A DNA stretch of 64,000 bases, taken from contig JAABRE010000022.1 of NCBI GenBank assembly GCA_011391125.1, positions 76 through 64,075 on the forward strand, written 5' to 3'. The notes beneath the pieces are model-generated. The model worked only from the letters and a program-made list of their open reading frames with translations. It had not been told where the DNA came from and did not search any database. Below, one piece after another: positions 45,522 through 56,400 of the stretch. This stretch comes from Synechococcales cyanobacterium S06. GTDB lineage: Bacteria; Cyanobacteriota; Cyanobacteriia; Cyanobacteriales; JAABRE01. The translations under genes were made by a program, and so were the position numbers. How positions within the stretch are numbered: the first letter of the stretch is position 1; every line of letters begins with the position of its first letter.

Positions 45522-47225
45522 ATGACTAAGATATTAGTAATAGAAGATGATCACCAAGTCAGAGATAATATACAAGATATATTAGAGTTAGAAAATTTTG
45601 AAACTTTAACAGCAGAAAATGGCTATCTTGGGCTAAAAAAAGCCCAAGAAACTAGACCGGATTTAATTATTTGCGACATTATGATGGCGGAATTAGATGG
45701 TTATGGTGTGTTAAAAGCTTTAAGAAAAGATAAAAAAACCAAGTTAATACCTTTAATTTTTTTAACAGCAAAAGCAGATAAAAATGATTTTCGTCAAGGG
45801 ATGGAATTAGGAGCAGACGATTATATAACCAAACCTTTTACTCCTCTTGAATTATTAAGAGCAATTAACACGAGATTAAATAAACAAGAAGCGATTAATG
45901 AAAATTATATTAAACGGATTGAAAATTTAGAAATCGAATTACAAAAAACAAGTTATTATCATAATTTAACCGAATTACCCAATCGTTTATTCTTAGAAAA
46001 AAAACTGGAAGAATTGAATCAGAAAAAGTTAGCCTTAATCCTCATAAGTCTAGATCAATTTGGTTGGATAGTAAGCAATTTCGGTCATAAATTTAAAGAT
46101 AGTTTGATCAAAAAGTTTACCAGTAGAATCAAAGTATATTGTGGTAAGATTGCTAATTATCTAAATTTTGTTTTTCATTTAGAAGAAGAACAATTTGGCT
46201 TAATTATTACTAATTTTGCCTCCAAAGAAGAACTAGAGCAACTAATAAAAGAACTACTAAATTATCTATCAGAACCCTTAAAAATTGAAAACAAAGAAAT
46301 ATTAATAACCCTAAGTATAGGGGTAGATTTACGAGAATTTGAAGCTAAAAATAGTCTTGAATTAATAGATAATGCTGGTGTAGCTATGTATCGCAGCAAA
46401 GCTAAAGGAGGAAATCACCATGTTTATTATACAAAAGAAATGAAAAACGAAGCCTCTTTAAAATTAAATATTGTGGCCAATTTACGTCATGCTTTACAAA
46501 AAGAAGAATTTGAGTTATATTATCAGCCACAAATTGATATTAAAACAGAAAAAATAATCGGAGCAGAAGCATTATTACGTTGGCAAAATACCGAATTGGG
46601 ATTTGTGTCACCAGGGCAATTTATTCCCATTGCAGAAGAAACTGGTTTAATTATTTCCATGGGAGAATGGGTCTTAAAAACAGCCTGTCAACAGGTTAAA
46701 AAATGGCAGGAAAAATACCAGAATCCCATTTCAATTTCCGTAAATTTATCGGCCCGTCAATTTAAACAAGTTAAGCTGACAGAAAATATTATTAAAATAA
46801 TTAAAGAAACCGGAGTAAAAACAAATTTATTGGATTTAGAATTAACAGAAAGTCTCTTAATGGAGAATACAAATTTAGCGCTTAAAATTCTGCAAGATTT
46901 AAAATCTTTGGGAATCAAAATTTCCATTGATGACTTTGGAACTGGTTATTCATCATTAGGATATTTACAAAAATTTCCCTTTGATATCTTAAAAATAGAC
47001 CGTTGTTTTATCCAAGATATTAACAAGAATACAACGAATCAAGCCATTACTAAAGCCATAATTCAGATGTCTCACGACTTAAACTTAAAAGTAATTGCCG
47101 AGGGAATCGAAACCGCCGCCGAATTAGAAATTTTGACTCAAAATAATTGTGATGCTTTCCAAGGATATTTATTTAGTCCTCCCATTCCCGCCGCCAAATT
47201 TGAAAATTTGCTACTAAACAGTTAA
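45522..47225 (+). CDS. Response regulator with a degenerate GGDEF domain and an EAL phosphodiesterase domain
   Basis: REC (DLIICDIMM..DG). The GGDEF position reads EEEQF. EAL motifs present: EALLRW, ELTES, DDFGTGYSSL, KIDRCF, EGIET, QGYLF. Confidence 0.88.
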   Translation: MTKILVIEDDHQVRDNIQDILELENFETLTAENGYLGLKKAQETRPDLIICDIMMAELDGYGVLKALRKDKKTKLIPLIFLTAKADKNDFRQGMELGADDYITKPFTPLELLRAINTRLNKQEAINENYIKRIENLEIELQKTSYYHNLTELPNRLFLEKKLEELNQKKLALILISLDQFGWIVSNFGHKFKDSLIKKFTSRIKVYCGKIANYLNFVFHLEEEQFGLIITNFASKEELEQLIKELLNYLSEPLKIENKEILITLSIGVDLREFEAKNSLELIDNAGVAMYRSKAKGGNHHVYYTKEMKNEASLKLNIVANLRHALQKEEFELYYQPQIDIKTEKIIGAEALLRWQNTELGFVSPGQFIPIAEETGLIISMGEWVLKTACQQVKKWQEKYQNPISISVNLSARQFKQVKLTENIIKIIKETGVKTNLLDLELTESLLMENTNLALKILQDLKSLGIKISIDDFGTGYSSLGYLQKFPFDILKIDRCFIQDINKNTTNQAITKAIIQMSHDLNLKVIAEGIETAAELEILTQNNCDAFQGYLFSPPIPAAKFENLLLNS

Positions 47226-47276
47226 CCAAAAAGAAATCCGAGGTTGTTGAAACCTCGGATTGGTGAACTTAACAGC

Positions 47277-48497
47277 TTAAACAAACCACTCTTGCACTGC
47301 TTCTTCTTTCGTATTCGTATTACGAGCAGGAGTTTCTCTGGTAAATTTCAACTCAAGAGAGCGAGTTTGTTCACCATCCGCCGCCACGGCTTTGATGGGG
47401 TAATCTATCGAACCATCCAAGAAGGAAATCTGGAAGCGGAAAGTCCCATCGGGATTAAGTTTGACTGGACGGCCACCGATGGTAAGAACGGCATCAGGCT
47501 CGGTAGCGCCATGTACTATTAATTCAGCATCGGCGATTAACCAAAACTCCCTGGAGCGAGAGGGAGGTAAAGAAGCGCCAAAACCAATACCAGACATATT
47601 TAAGCCCGATACATTGCCAGGCCACATTCCAGCACCCGAGGGAAACACATAAGAACTGATCGCCTGTTCAGGTGCTTGAGAAGCCGGTATATGGTGCATA
47701 GAGCCAAACAAAGAACCAGCGACTCTTTGAAATTGTGCCGCTTCGGCCATGTCAAAAATCTGCTGATCGAGGGCTTTTTCTGGGGTGAGAGAAGCTTTTT
47801 GAGCCGGATGTACTAGCTCATAAATAGTTTTATCGACTAAATCTTCTTGCCAATCCACAGTGACGAACACATCTTCTACCCAGTCACTAGGATAAACAGG
47901 GGGAACGCGCACGGGAGTAGAACGAGCCAACATTAACCAGCGGCCATCCCAACAGCGATAACCGATTTCAGCAATATAATCGCGATTGCTCACCGGAACG
48001 GGCAAATACCACTCACGAGCGACCTCATCACAGACGTATTCTTGGACGCTGTGGGGAGATTGAGATTTGACATCAACAGAGGTGACATCATAAATGCGAA
48101 GAGCTAACTCTTCGCCACCTTGACGGCGCAACTCTTCCCTTTGTGATTCGGGGACATCCCAGTAAGAATAAGCCCATTGGGGATCACGAGGCAACAGAAC
48201 AATGCGGCTTTTGCCGTAGCCGGCAGGGAATTCCCCCAATTCTTCATCAACGGAGGCCAAAGGACCGCCAGTCTGATCATCTTGTCCGACTTCAAATTTT
48301 GCTGCTTCCACTTGTGCTTCCTCCTGAATATCAGTTTGACTTGATTCAGTTTCTTGTTTTTCTTGATCAATCTGCTGCACCGCCGCCAATAGTTGGGCTT
48401 TACGCATTCGACTATAACGAGTGATATTGTACTTACTGGCAACTTTTCTCAGTTGCCTTAAGGTCATTTGGTCTAAGGGGGGGCGTTCTTTTGCCAT
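47277..48497 (-). CDS. DUF4912-like protein with an N-terminal Rho-N/SAP-like helix-hairpin
   Basis: LRQLRKVASKYNITRYSRMRKAQLLAAV at the N-terminus. Conserved-looking core PRDPQWAYSYWDV. Family name is from memory. Confidence 0.55.
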   Translation of the reverse strand: MAKERPPLDQMTLRQLRKVASKYNITRYSRMRKAQLLAAVQQIDQEKQETESSQTDIQEEAQVEAAKFEVGQDDQTGGPLASVDEELGEFPAGYGKSRIVLLPRDPQWAYSYWDVPESQREELRRQGGEELALRIYDVTSVDVKSQSPHSVQEYVCDEVAREWYLPVPVSNRDYIAEIGYRCWDGRWLMLARSTPVRVPPVYPSDWVEDVFVTVDWQEDLVDKTIYELVHPAQKASLTPEKALDQQIFDMAEAAQFQRVAGSLFGSMHHIPASQAPEQAISSYVFPSGAGMWPGNVSGLNMSGIGFGASLPPSRSREFWLIADAELIVHGATEPDAVLTIGGRPVKLNPDGTFRFQISFLDGSIDYPIKAVAADGEQTRSLELKFTRETPARNTNTKEEAVQEWFV

Positions 48498-49334
48498 GCT
48501 TGTCTCCGATAAATTTTTACGGCCAATAGCTCCTGGCAGAGTTGCTCATCAAAGATGCTAGGGTTAACTTTTTTTATATAAGTTATTTTATTCCACACAT
48601 TTAAAGAGCAGAAATCAACTTAATTTATGATTAGATCAGCACGGGGATCAAGTGCTTAAGCCTATTTAACAAAATTTTCCTTGGTCTCGTCAAGGGGGTC
48701 TTCCTAGGAAAATAAGACTTTTTACCTATAATGGGCAACTCCTCCCCCTTAATGTCATCAAACCTTGATATTCTTTTATGGTTGGGATCGTCATGTCAGG
48801 GAATCTTGACATAGTCACAAAAGCTAAGTTCATGTAGTACCTCTAAAGTAGGTCGAGTCAAGACTAGACATCGGTTTCGCTACCTTGGTCAAGATAACAA
48901 GATTTGAAAATAATTAAAATTGGGGGATTTTGCCCAAGAAAAACAAGTAAATTAGAGCCACTTTTACCAGACTCAGAGACAAGCATGGCTTTTTTATCAA
49001 AAATGTCCGGTTTCCTATAGCAACATACGGAGCTTAATACCAATTTTATTTAATATTGCAACAATTAGACATTAACTAGAAATCCGATTTTTCCCGGTGA
49101 TTCGGGGGATATTTGCTTAAAAATCGGATTTCTTCACCGTTGTAAAGCGATTGTCAAGGTTTCTTGACAATCGCTTTGGGCATGGAATAATTAAACATAG
49201 ACAGTTGGGAAAAATTTATCTGCCATCGTCACCAAAGCATGGTAGAGACGTGGCATTCAACGTCTCTACCATGCTTTTTCTCAGATGTCTTATGGTAGGC
49301 CTCTACAAAAATTACCAGACAACGCATTTTCAAT

Positions 49335-50600
49335 TTATCGAGAGGTATCGGGATGTTCTTCTAAATATTTCCCTACAGTTTGCACATCCTTGTCACCGCG
49401 TCCTGAACAGTTAATCACAATGCGGGGACTGCCTTCTAATTGAGGACACAGCGTTTCTAAATAAGCCAAAGCATGAGAAGTTTCCAATGCGGGTATAATT
49501 CCTTCTAATTTCGACACTCGACAGAAAGCTTCGATCGCCTCATCATCAGTGACACTGTAATATTCCGCCCTCCCGAGGTCTTTTAGGTAACTGTGCTCAG
49601 GCCCCACACCGGGGTAATCCAAACCGGCACTAATGGAGTGTGCTTCAATAACCTGGCCTTCGGTATCCTGTAATAAATAGCTCATAGCACCGTGTAGAAC
49701 CCCCGGTTTGCCCAGGGTAAGGGTGGCTGCATGGTGTGCTGTGTTTACCCCTTCTCCCGCCGCTTCTACCCCAATTAAACGCACGCTGGCATCATTGACG
49801 AATTCAGAAAATAAGCCCATGGCATTTGAACCACCACCGATACAAGCCAACAAAATGTCAGGAAGGCCGCCCCATTTTGTCAACGCTTGAGTGCGGGTTT
49901 CTTTGCCAATAATGCCGTGAAAATCCCGCACCATCATGGGGTAAGGGTGAGGTCCGGCCACCGAACCGAGAATATAGTGAGTGGTTTCAACATTGGTCAC
50001 CCAATCGCGAATCGCTTCTGATGTGGCATCTTTCAACGTACCTGTCCCCGCGGACACAGGTTGAACCGTTGCACCTAATAAACGCATTCTAAAAACGTTC
50101 AAAGACTGTCGCTCCATGTCTTGAACACCCATATAAATCACGCATTCTAAGCCAAATCTAGCACAAACAGTGGCCGTGGCCACACCGTGTTGACCTGCTC
50201 CGGTTTCCGCAATAATGCGTTTTTTAGCCATACGTTTCGCCAACAAAACTTGACCTAAAGCATTGTTGATTTTATGCGCACCTGTGTGGTTTAAATCTTC
50301 CCTTTTTAGGTAAATTTGCGGTCCAGAGCCATCTTCTTTGGCATAACGTTCCGTGAGACGCTCCGCAAAGTACAATGGGTTAGGACGACCCACATAATCA
50401 TTTAATAACTGGTCTAATTCTTGCTTAAAATCGGGATCATCCTTATATTTAGCATAAGCGGTTTCTAACTCCGTTAGTGCCGGCATTAAGGTTTCGGGGA
50501 CATATTTCCCACCGTAGGGACCAAAACGTCCTAAACTGTCCGGTACTTGGGTATTATTGGTTTTATTCGTCTCAGAAAAAATGATTGGTGTTGTAGTCAT
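49335..50600 (-). CDS. trpB: Tryptophan synthase beta chain
   Basis: [15 protein letters not shown], the PLP lysine HTGAHKINN, and GGGSNA. Start set at the ATG at 50600; the ORF track starts at a TTG at 50633. Confidence 0.95.
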   Translation of the reverse strand: MTTTPIIFSETNKTNNTQVPDSLGRFGPYGGKYVPETLMPALTELETAYAKYKDDPDFKQELDQLLNDYVGRPNPLYFAERLTERYAKEDGSGPQIYLKREDLNHTGAHKINNALGQVLLAKRMAKKRIIAETGAGQHGVATATVCARFGLECVIYMGVQDMERQSLNVFRMRLLGATVQPVSAGTGTLKDATSEAIRDWVTNVETTHYILGSVAGPHPYPMMVRDFHGIIGKETRTQALTKWGGLPDILLACIGGGSNAMGLFSEFVNDASVRLIGVEAAGEGVNTAHHAATLTLGKPGVLHGAMSYLLQDTEGQVIEAHSISAGLDYPGVGPEHSYLKDLGRAEYYSVTDDEAIEAFCRVSKLEGIIPALETSHALAYLETLCPQLEGSPRIVINCSGRGDKDVQTVGKYLEEHPDTSR

Positions 50601-50736
50601 TGCAGTTATCAGTAAACACTTAACAGTTAACAATTATCAATGATTCATGATCAATTATATCGGTTCGTTGTTGCGCTTTAGCGCTACAAAACCGAGAGGC
50701 GCAACAACGAGTTATTCCTTTTTACTTAATCATAAA

Positions 50737-51447
50737 ATGCAGCGTATTGTTATTAACATTAACCAGAAAAAAGACGATCAAATTACTTTTTTACCTGACC
50801 AGTATCATTATATTTTTCGCGTTTTAAGGCTTGAAATTGATGATAACCTTATTGTTATGGATGGAATTGGTAATTCTTGGCTAGTACAATTAAAGCAAGA
50901 TTATGCTCAAGTTTTGGAAGCGATCGCCTCCCATACCGAATTAGCTTTTGAGGTTACCTTATTAGCAGCATTGCCCAAAGGGACTGGATTTGATGATATT
51001 GTCAGATGTTGTACTGAATTGGGAGTGACAACCATTATCCCCGTCGAAAGCGATCGCACTTTATTGAAACCTAGCGCCAATAAAATTCAGCGTTGGCGAA
51101 AAATAGCACAAGAAGCCGCCGAACAATCAGAAAGAACCATAGTTCCACAAATTTTAGAACCCGAAAAATTTAGTCAAATTGTTAGCAAAATAGAAACAAA
51201 AGGGCATAATTGTTATATCTGTGTAGCTAGAGGCGATCGAGAACACTTAATAAATTGTCTCGAAAAAGGGGTAAAAAAAATTATTATAGCCACAGGACCA
51301 GAGGGAGGTTGGACAGAAAAAGAAGTGACATTAGCTATTAATAATAATTTTAAACCAATATCATTGGGAAATCGAGTTTTAAGAGCAATTACTGCTCCTA
51401 TTTCTGCCATGTCGATCATAGCAGCCATGGTAGAAAGTAACCAGTAA
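50737..51447 (+). CDS. rsmE: 16S rRNA (uracil1498-N3)-methyltransferase RsmE
   Basis: MQRIVI..., HYIFRVLRL, C-terminal GPEGGWT..E and LG.RVLR.. motifs. Start moved to the internal ATG because the upstream 90 nt are MITE-core sequence. Confidence 0.85.
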   Translation: MQRIVININQKKDDQITFLPDQYHYIFRVLRLEIDDNLIVMDGIGNSWLVQLKQDYAQVLEAIASHTELAFEVTLLAALPKGTGFDDIVRCCTELGVTTIIPVESDRTLLKPSANKIQRWRKIAQEAAEQSERTIVPQILEPEKFSQIVSKIETKGHNCYICVARGDREHLINCLEKGVKKIIIATGPEGGWTEKEVTLAINNNFKPISLGNRVLRAITAPISAMSIIAAMVESNQ

Positions 51448-51512
51448 CTTATATTTTCTCTTAATTATAAAATGAGAATTAACAAATAAAACAGTCTAGT
51501 TTTTAGGGGGAG

Positions 51513-52598
51513 ATGATTATGTTAGATGAAATTAATCAAGCATTTAGTGAGCAAAATTATCAGTTAGTTCAAGAATTATTAGAAAAGTTACAAACCGAAC
51601 AACGGGATAATCCTTGGTTACAATTTTATCAAGGCCGTTTACAAGAAGAACAAGGGGACTTGGAATTAGCAGAAATAATGTATAAAGGAGTCCTTTTAAC
51701 GACTATTAATAGACAAGTTTTATCACAAGCTAGACAAGGAATTGAGCGGGTAGTTAACCTCGAAAAACTTAAGATTAAAGAAAAAATACAACAATCTTTA
51801 GAAGAAGCAAAAAAAGAAGAAGGAAACGAAGAAATAGGTTTATTACTTTTAGAACCAATTGAACCCCATTTAAAACAAGTATTGGCTCAAGAATTTGCTA
51901 AAATCATGAATATTGACCCCTATACTGCGAGGTTACAATTACCCACCAAAAATTGGCGTTTATATAAGGTGGGAAATTTAGCACAATTAAAATCCTATCA
52001 ACAAAATTTAGTAGCGATTAATATTCCTTGTTTTTCAGTTAAATTGAAAGAATTAGAGACGATAAAAGTTTATCAAGTTAAATATATTGAGTCAATTAAC
52101 TCTGAAATTACGGTAATTTGTGAAGAAAAAAATCAGGAACAGATTTCTTTTAGATGGGAAGAAATTACTCAAAAAGTAGAAGCATTATTGCCAATCTTTG
52201 AAGACGTTCTTGAAATTGATAACAAAAGAAAATTATACAAAAAAACGAAAACCTCAGATTATGTGCAAATTTTGGACTTACATTTAAGAGAGAAAAATAT
52301 TATTATTCGTTTTGAAGATTATATTTATAATTTTGAGCAAGGAATGGAACTACCGAAACACAATCAAGGGGAAACTAATCGGGAAAATTGGAATAATTTA
52401 AAACACTTTTTGCAACCTTATTTAGCAAATATTCCCCTGAAAAATGATTTTAATGCTTTTGCCGAAAAAGCGTTAGATTTTAAAGAAATGTTAAAACAAA
52501 TTAAACCAAATCTTACTATCTTTCGTAGAGAAGAGAGCAACTGGGATGCAGCTTTTGAACTTTATACCAGTTTAATTCTCATACATAGTAAAATTTAG
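51513..52598 (+). CDS. Hypothetical protein with an N-terminal TPR-like region
   Basis: 361-aa ORF with no recognisable catalytic motif. Confidence 0.5.
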   Translation: MIMLDEINQAFSEQNYQLVQELLEKLQTEQRDNPWLQFYQGRLQEEQGDLELAEIMYKGVLLTTINRQVLSQARQGIERVVNLEKLKIKEKIQQSLEEAKKEEGNEEIGLLLLEPIEPHLKQVLAQEFAKIMNIDPYTARLQLPTKNWRLYKVGNLAQLKSYQQNLVAINIPCFSVKLKELETIKVYQVKYIESINSEITVICEEKNQEQISFRWEEITQKVEALLPIFEDVLEIDNKRKLYKKTKTSDYVQILDLHLREKNIIIRFEDYIYNFEQGMELPKHNQGETNRENWNNLKHFLQPYLANIPLKNDFNAFAEKALDFKEMLKQIKPNLTIFRREESNWDAAFELYTSLILIHSKI

Positions 52599-52647
52599 AT
52601 TGGCTATAACGACAGTAACAATCAAACTCAAGTATTCTAAATATTTG

Positions 52648-52872
52648 CTACAAATTATTCCAATCTTCAATGGTTAATTTAGCTTGATAAATAATGATTG
52701 TATATAAAGTTCCACGAGGAATATCTTTACTATGAAAAGGTAATACTATCATTCGACCATCAGAATGTTTTAAAACAAGATGACTTCCTCTTTGATGATG
52801 TTCAAAAAAACCTGCTTTTTTAAGCTTTCTTAAAGCTTTTTTAGGTGTAATAGAAGATAAACGTTCACTCAT
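52648..52872 (-). CDS. hicA: HicA-family toxin
   Basis: KKALRKLKKAGF..HQRGSHLVLKH....IVLPFHSKDIPRGTL. Confidence 0.85.
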   Translation of the reverse strand: MSERLSSITPKKALRKLKKAGFFEHHQRGSHLVLKHSDGRMIVLPFHSKDIPRGTLYTIIIYQAKLTIEDWNNL

Positions 52873-53108
52873 GTTACTAATTCTATAATTAAAACTGTTC
52901 CTCTATTAACAGGTTTTGTTTGAGGAAGTAGAAGTCCATCTTTTTCTAGTGCTTCTAAATATGCTAAAACGGCTTCAATTACATTAGATTCAGCCTCGGT
53001 AAAATCTTTACCAAAAGAGGAAATATAATTAAGTTCTGGTACAATTGCTACCACAGATCCGGTTTCAAAATCAAAACTGTATTCCACAGATAATTCTAAG
53101 CGATTCAT
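52869..53108 (-). CDS. hicB: HicB-family antitoxin (N-terminal domain only)
   Basis: 79 aa with a 4-nt overlap onto hicA, and the EAV.AYLEALEKDG pattern. Confidence 0.75.
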   Translation of the reverse strand: MNRLELSVEYSFDFETGSVVAIVPELNYISSFGKDFTEAESNVIEAVLAYLEALEKDGLLLPQTKPVNRGTVLIIELVT

Positions 53109-53209
53109 GCTTTTTTTACTTAAGTGGGAAAAATCTAAATTAATTAAATTAAATCAATCAAACTCATTATAACCAATAAAGTAGACCGTTGTACGGCCTA
53201 CTTTATTGG

Positions 53210-53347
53210 TTAACGAATCTGGATGATACTAAACAGATGGTGAGAGGCTTTCTGAATCAATGAATGATAGGTCGGTGGATAGGAAAAATACGCAACAAAC
53301 CAGAGACAGAAAGTAAGACAAAGACTGGATAAGAAACGTTTAAACAT
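53210..53347 (-). CDS. Candidate small hydrophobic protein (45 aa); not in the ORF track
   Basis: Manual translation gives MFKRFLSSLCLTFCLWFVAYFSYPPTYHSLIQKASHHLFSIIQIR. GGGAGG lies 8-9 nt upstream of the ATG. A 14-bp perfect hairpin (53171..53211) overlaps the stop codon. Confidence 0.3.
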   Translation of the reverse strand: MFKRFLSSLCLTFCLWFVAYFSYPPTYHSLIQKASHHLFSIIQIR

Positions 53348-53484
53348 AGAGCAATTCCTCCCACAGATAATTAATATTTAGAATCAAATTAGGTGTGACC
53401 AGTTCCTAAAATCATAAACATAACGTCACAAATCTCGCTATGATTTAGGTAAAAGATTATTTTATTTTTAAACTAATCAGAATT

Positions 53485-56400
53485 ATGTCCTCCAAAAAAG
53501 GTCAAAAAATTCGCTTAAATACCCCTAAACCATGGAGCTCATTCATGACAAAAGAAAAAGTGCTGTCCCAAATTTTGGCAAACATCCGACTTTCTTTGAA
53601 TATTAATAGCATTTTTTCGATTACCACCGAGGAAGTAAGAAAATTTCTTCAAGTAGAACGAGTGGCCATTTACCGTTTTAATCACGATAATTCCGGTGAG
53701 TTTGTCATTGATTCTGTCGCCTCGGAGTATGAATGTTTACTTTCCCAACAAAAAAAAGACCCACAATTAAATAAAAATGTCAGCGAATATAGTCTGAAAT
53801 ATTTACCATTTAAGGAAAATTATGAAACAAATTTAGGATCAAGTCAAGGAAAAGACTTTAGAAAGCGAAAAAATTTTCGCTTTTGTAATGATATTAATCA
53901 AGAAGATTTTTCCCCCTGTTATCTTCAGTTATTAAAGAAATTTCAAACCCAAGCTTATGTAATTATACCAATTTATGAACATAGTAATTTGTGGGGTTTA
54001 TTCCTAATTTCTCAAAATTCTCGTCCTCGTAATTGGCAAATAATTGAAATTAATTTTCTTATTCAAATTGCTGATTGTTTTAGTATTGCCCTACAACAAA
54101 ATGAATTATTAAAACAAATTCAAACCCAAAAAACTGAATTTAAAACTAAATTAAACGCTCAACTTCAAAGTAGAACAGAAGAGTTAGCCAGAGAAGCCGA
54201 AAAAGAAAGAGCTTTAGCCCAAGTAATTGAGAAAATTAGACAAACTTTAGACTTAGAAACTATTTTTAACACCGCAACCAGAGAAATTCGTCAACTTATG
54301 CACGCAGATCGAGTAGGTATTTTTCAGTTTAAACCGGATTCTAATTATCAGGAAGGGGAATTTATTTGTGAAAATGTGGTTGCTCCTTATATTTCTGCCC
54401 TCAAAGAACAAGTTTTCGATCGCTGTTTTGGGGAGAATTATGTCACGGATTATCAAAAAGGTCGTATCCTCGTAATTAATGACCTTGAGACAGCGAATTT
54501 AAGCCCTTGTCACGCTCATATTCTCGCTCGCTTTCAAATTCGCGCTAATTTGGTTTTACCCCTGATTAAAGGTCAAGAACTGTGGGGTTTACTCTGTCTT
54601 CATCAATGTTCCGCCCCTCGTCAATGGCAACAGTCAGAAATTGATTTTTTAAAAAAAATAGCCGTTCAGTTAGGAGTAGCACTGCAACAAGCGGATTTAT
54701 TAGCAAAAGCAGAAAAAAGATCCCAGGAATTGCAAGAAGCTTTAACTACCGTCCAAGAACAAAAAGAACAACAAGCCATTATTGCTCAACAAGAACGCAC
54801 CATTAGTCGCATTAGTTCAAGTATTCGCCAAGCTTTAGATGTTGACAAGATTTTTCAAATTACCACTCAGGAAATCCGTCAAACTCTGGAATGCTCACGG
54901 GTTGTGGTGTATCGTTTTTTCCCCGATTGGAATGGGGAATTTGTCTATGAATCCAGTTGCGAAGATTGCACACCCTTGATTGTGGCAAATATCAAAACTG
55001 TGTGGCGAGATACCTATTTTCAGGAAACCCACGGAGGTAGATATGCTAATCATGAAAGCTTTGCTGTCAAGGATATTTACACCATTGGTCATTCCGACTG
55101 CCATATTGAACTTTTAGAAATGTTCCAAATTCGAGCTTATTTGATAGCGCCAGTTTTTGTTGGCGATCAACTTTGGGGATTACTTGCAGCTTATCAAAAT
55201 ACTGGTCCCAGGGATTGGGAAGAACGTGAAATTAATTTATTGGCCTGCATTGGGGAACAACTTGGATTGGCGGTTCAACAATCAGAATTATTAGCGCAAC
55301 TGCGGGAAACTTCTGAAAAAGCCAATGCTGCCAATTATGCAAAAAGTGAATTTTTAGCAAATATGAGTCACGAATTAAGAACTCCTTTAAATGCGATTTT
55401 AGGGTTTACCCAATTGTTAGAAAATGATAATTCCTTAAATAAAAAACAACAGGAATATCTTAATATTATTGGACGTTCTGGCTGCCATTTACTTAACTTA
55501 CTTAATGACGTTTTGGAGATGTCCAAAATTGAAGCAGGAAAAATTAGTCTTAATGAAAATGACGTTGATTTGCATCAGTTAATTACTACTTTAGAAGAAA
55601 TATTTATTCTCAAAGCTCAAGCAAAAAATTTGCAACTTACCTTTCAATGCAGTTCAAAAGTTCCTCGTTATATTCAAACAGATGAAAGTAAATTACGTCA
55701 GGTATTGATTAACTTAATCGGTAATGGGATTAAATTTACTGAATCTGGTTATGTTATTTTGCGGCTAAATTGTTCCCCTGAAAGTAACGGCAATTACCGC
55801 CTTAGTTTTGAAGTTGAAGATACAGGTGTGGGAATTCCGCCCGAAGATTTAGATAACTTATTTAAGCCTTTTTTCCAAAGTGAAATGGGTAAAAAATTTC
55901 AAGAAGGAACAGGTTTAGGATTGCGAATTAGTCAGGAATTTGTACAGTTAATGGGGGGAATTATTACAGTTAAAAGTAGACCAAATCAAGGAAGTATTTT
56001 TAGTTTTAATATTCTGGTTAATTTAGGTGAAGCAAATAATTTATCCTCAGTAAGTAAAAAAAGAATTGTCGGATTATCTTCAACTCAAAAAAATTATCGC
56101 ATCTTAGTTGCTGACGATAAACCCGAAAGTCGCTTAGTCCTAAAACAGATGTTTTCACCCTTGGGAATGGAAGTTATGGAGGCAGAAAATGGACAAGAAA
56201 CCATAGAGATTTGGCAAAAATGGCGGCCTCATTTAATCTGGATGGATATAAAAATGCCAATTCTGGATGGTTATGAAGCAACAAAAATTATTAGAAAAAA
56301 AGAACAGAAACACAAAAATTTAGCGACCAAAAATCGGGTAGTTATTATTGCTTTAACTGCTAGTGTTTTTGATACCCAAATATCGACTCTCTTGGATGCA

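Noticed and set aside
49151-49414. 87-aa plus-strand ORF
   Set aside because: It overlaps the 3' end of trpB antisense and a MITE-like palindrome, starts at a non-ATG codon, and has no recognisable motif.
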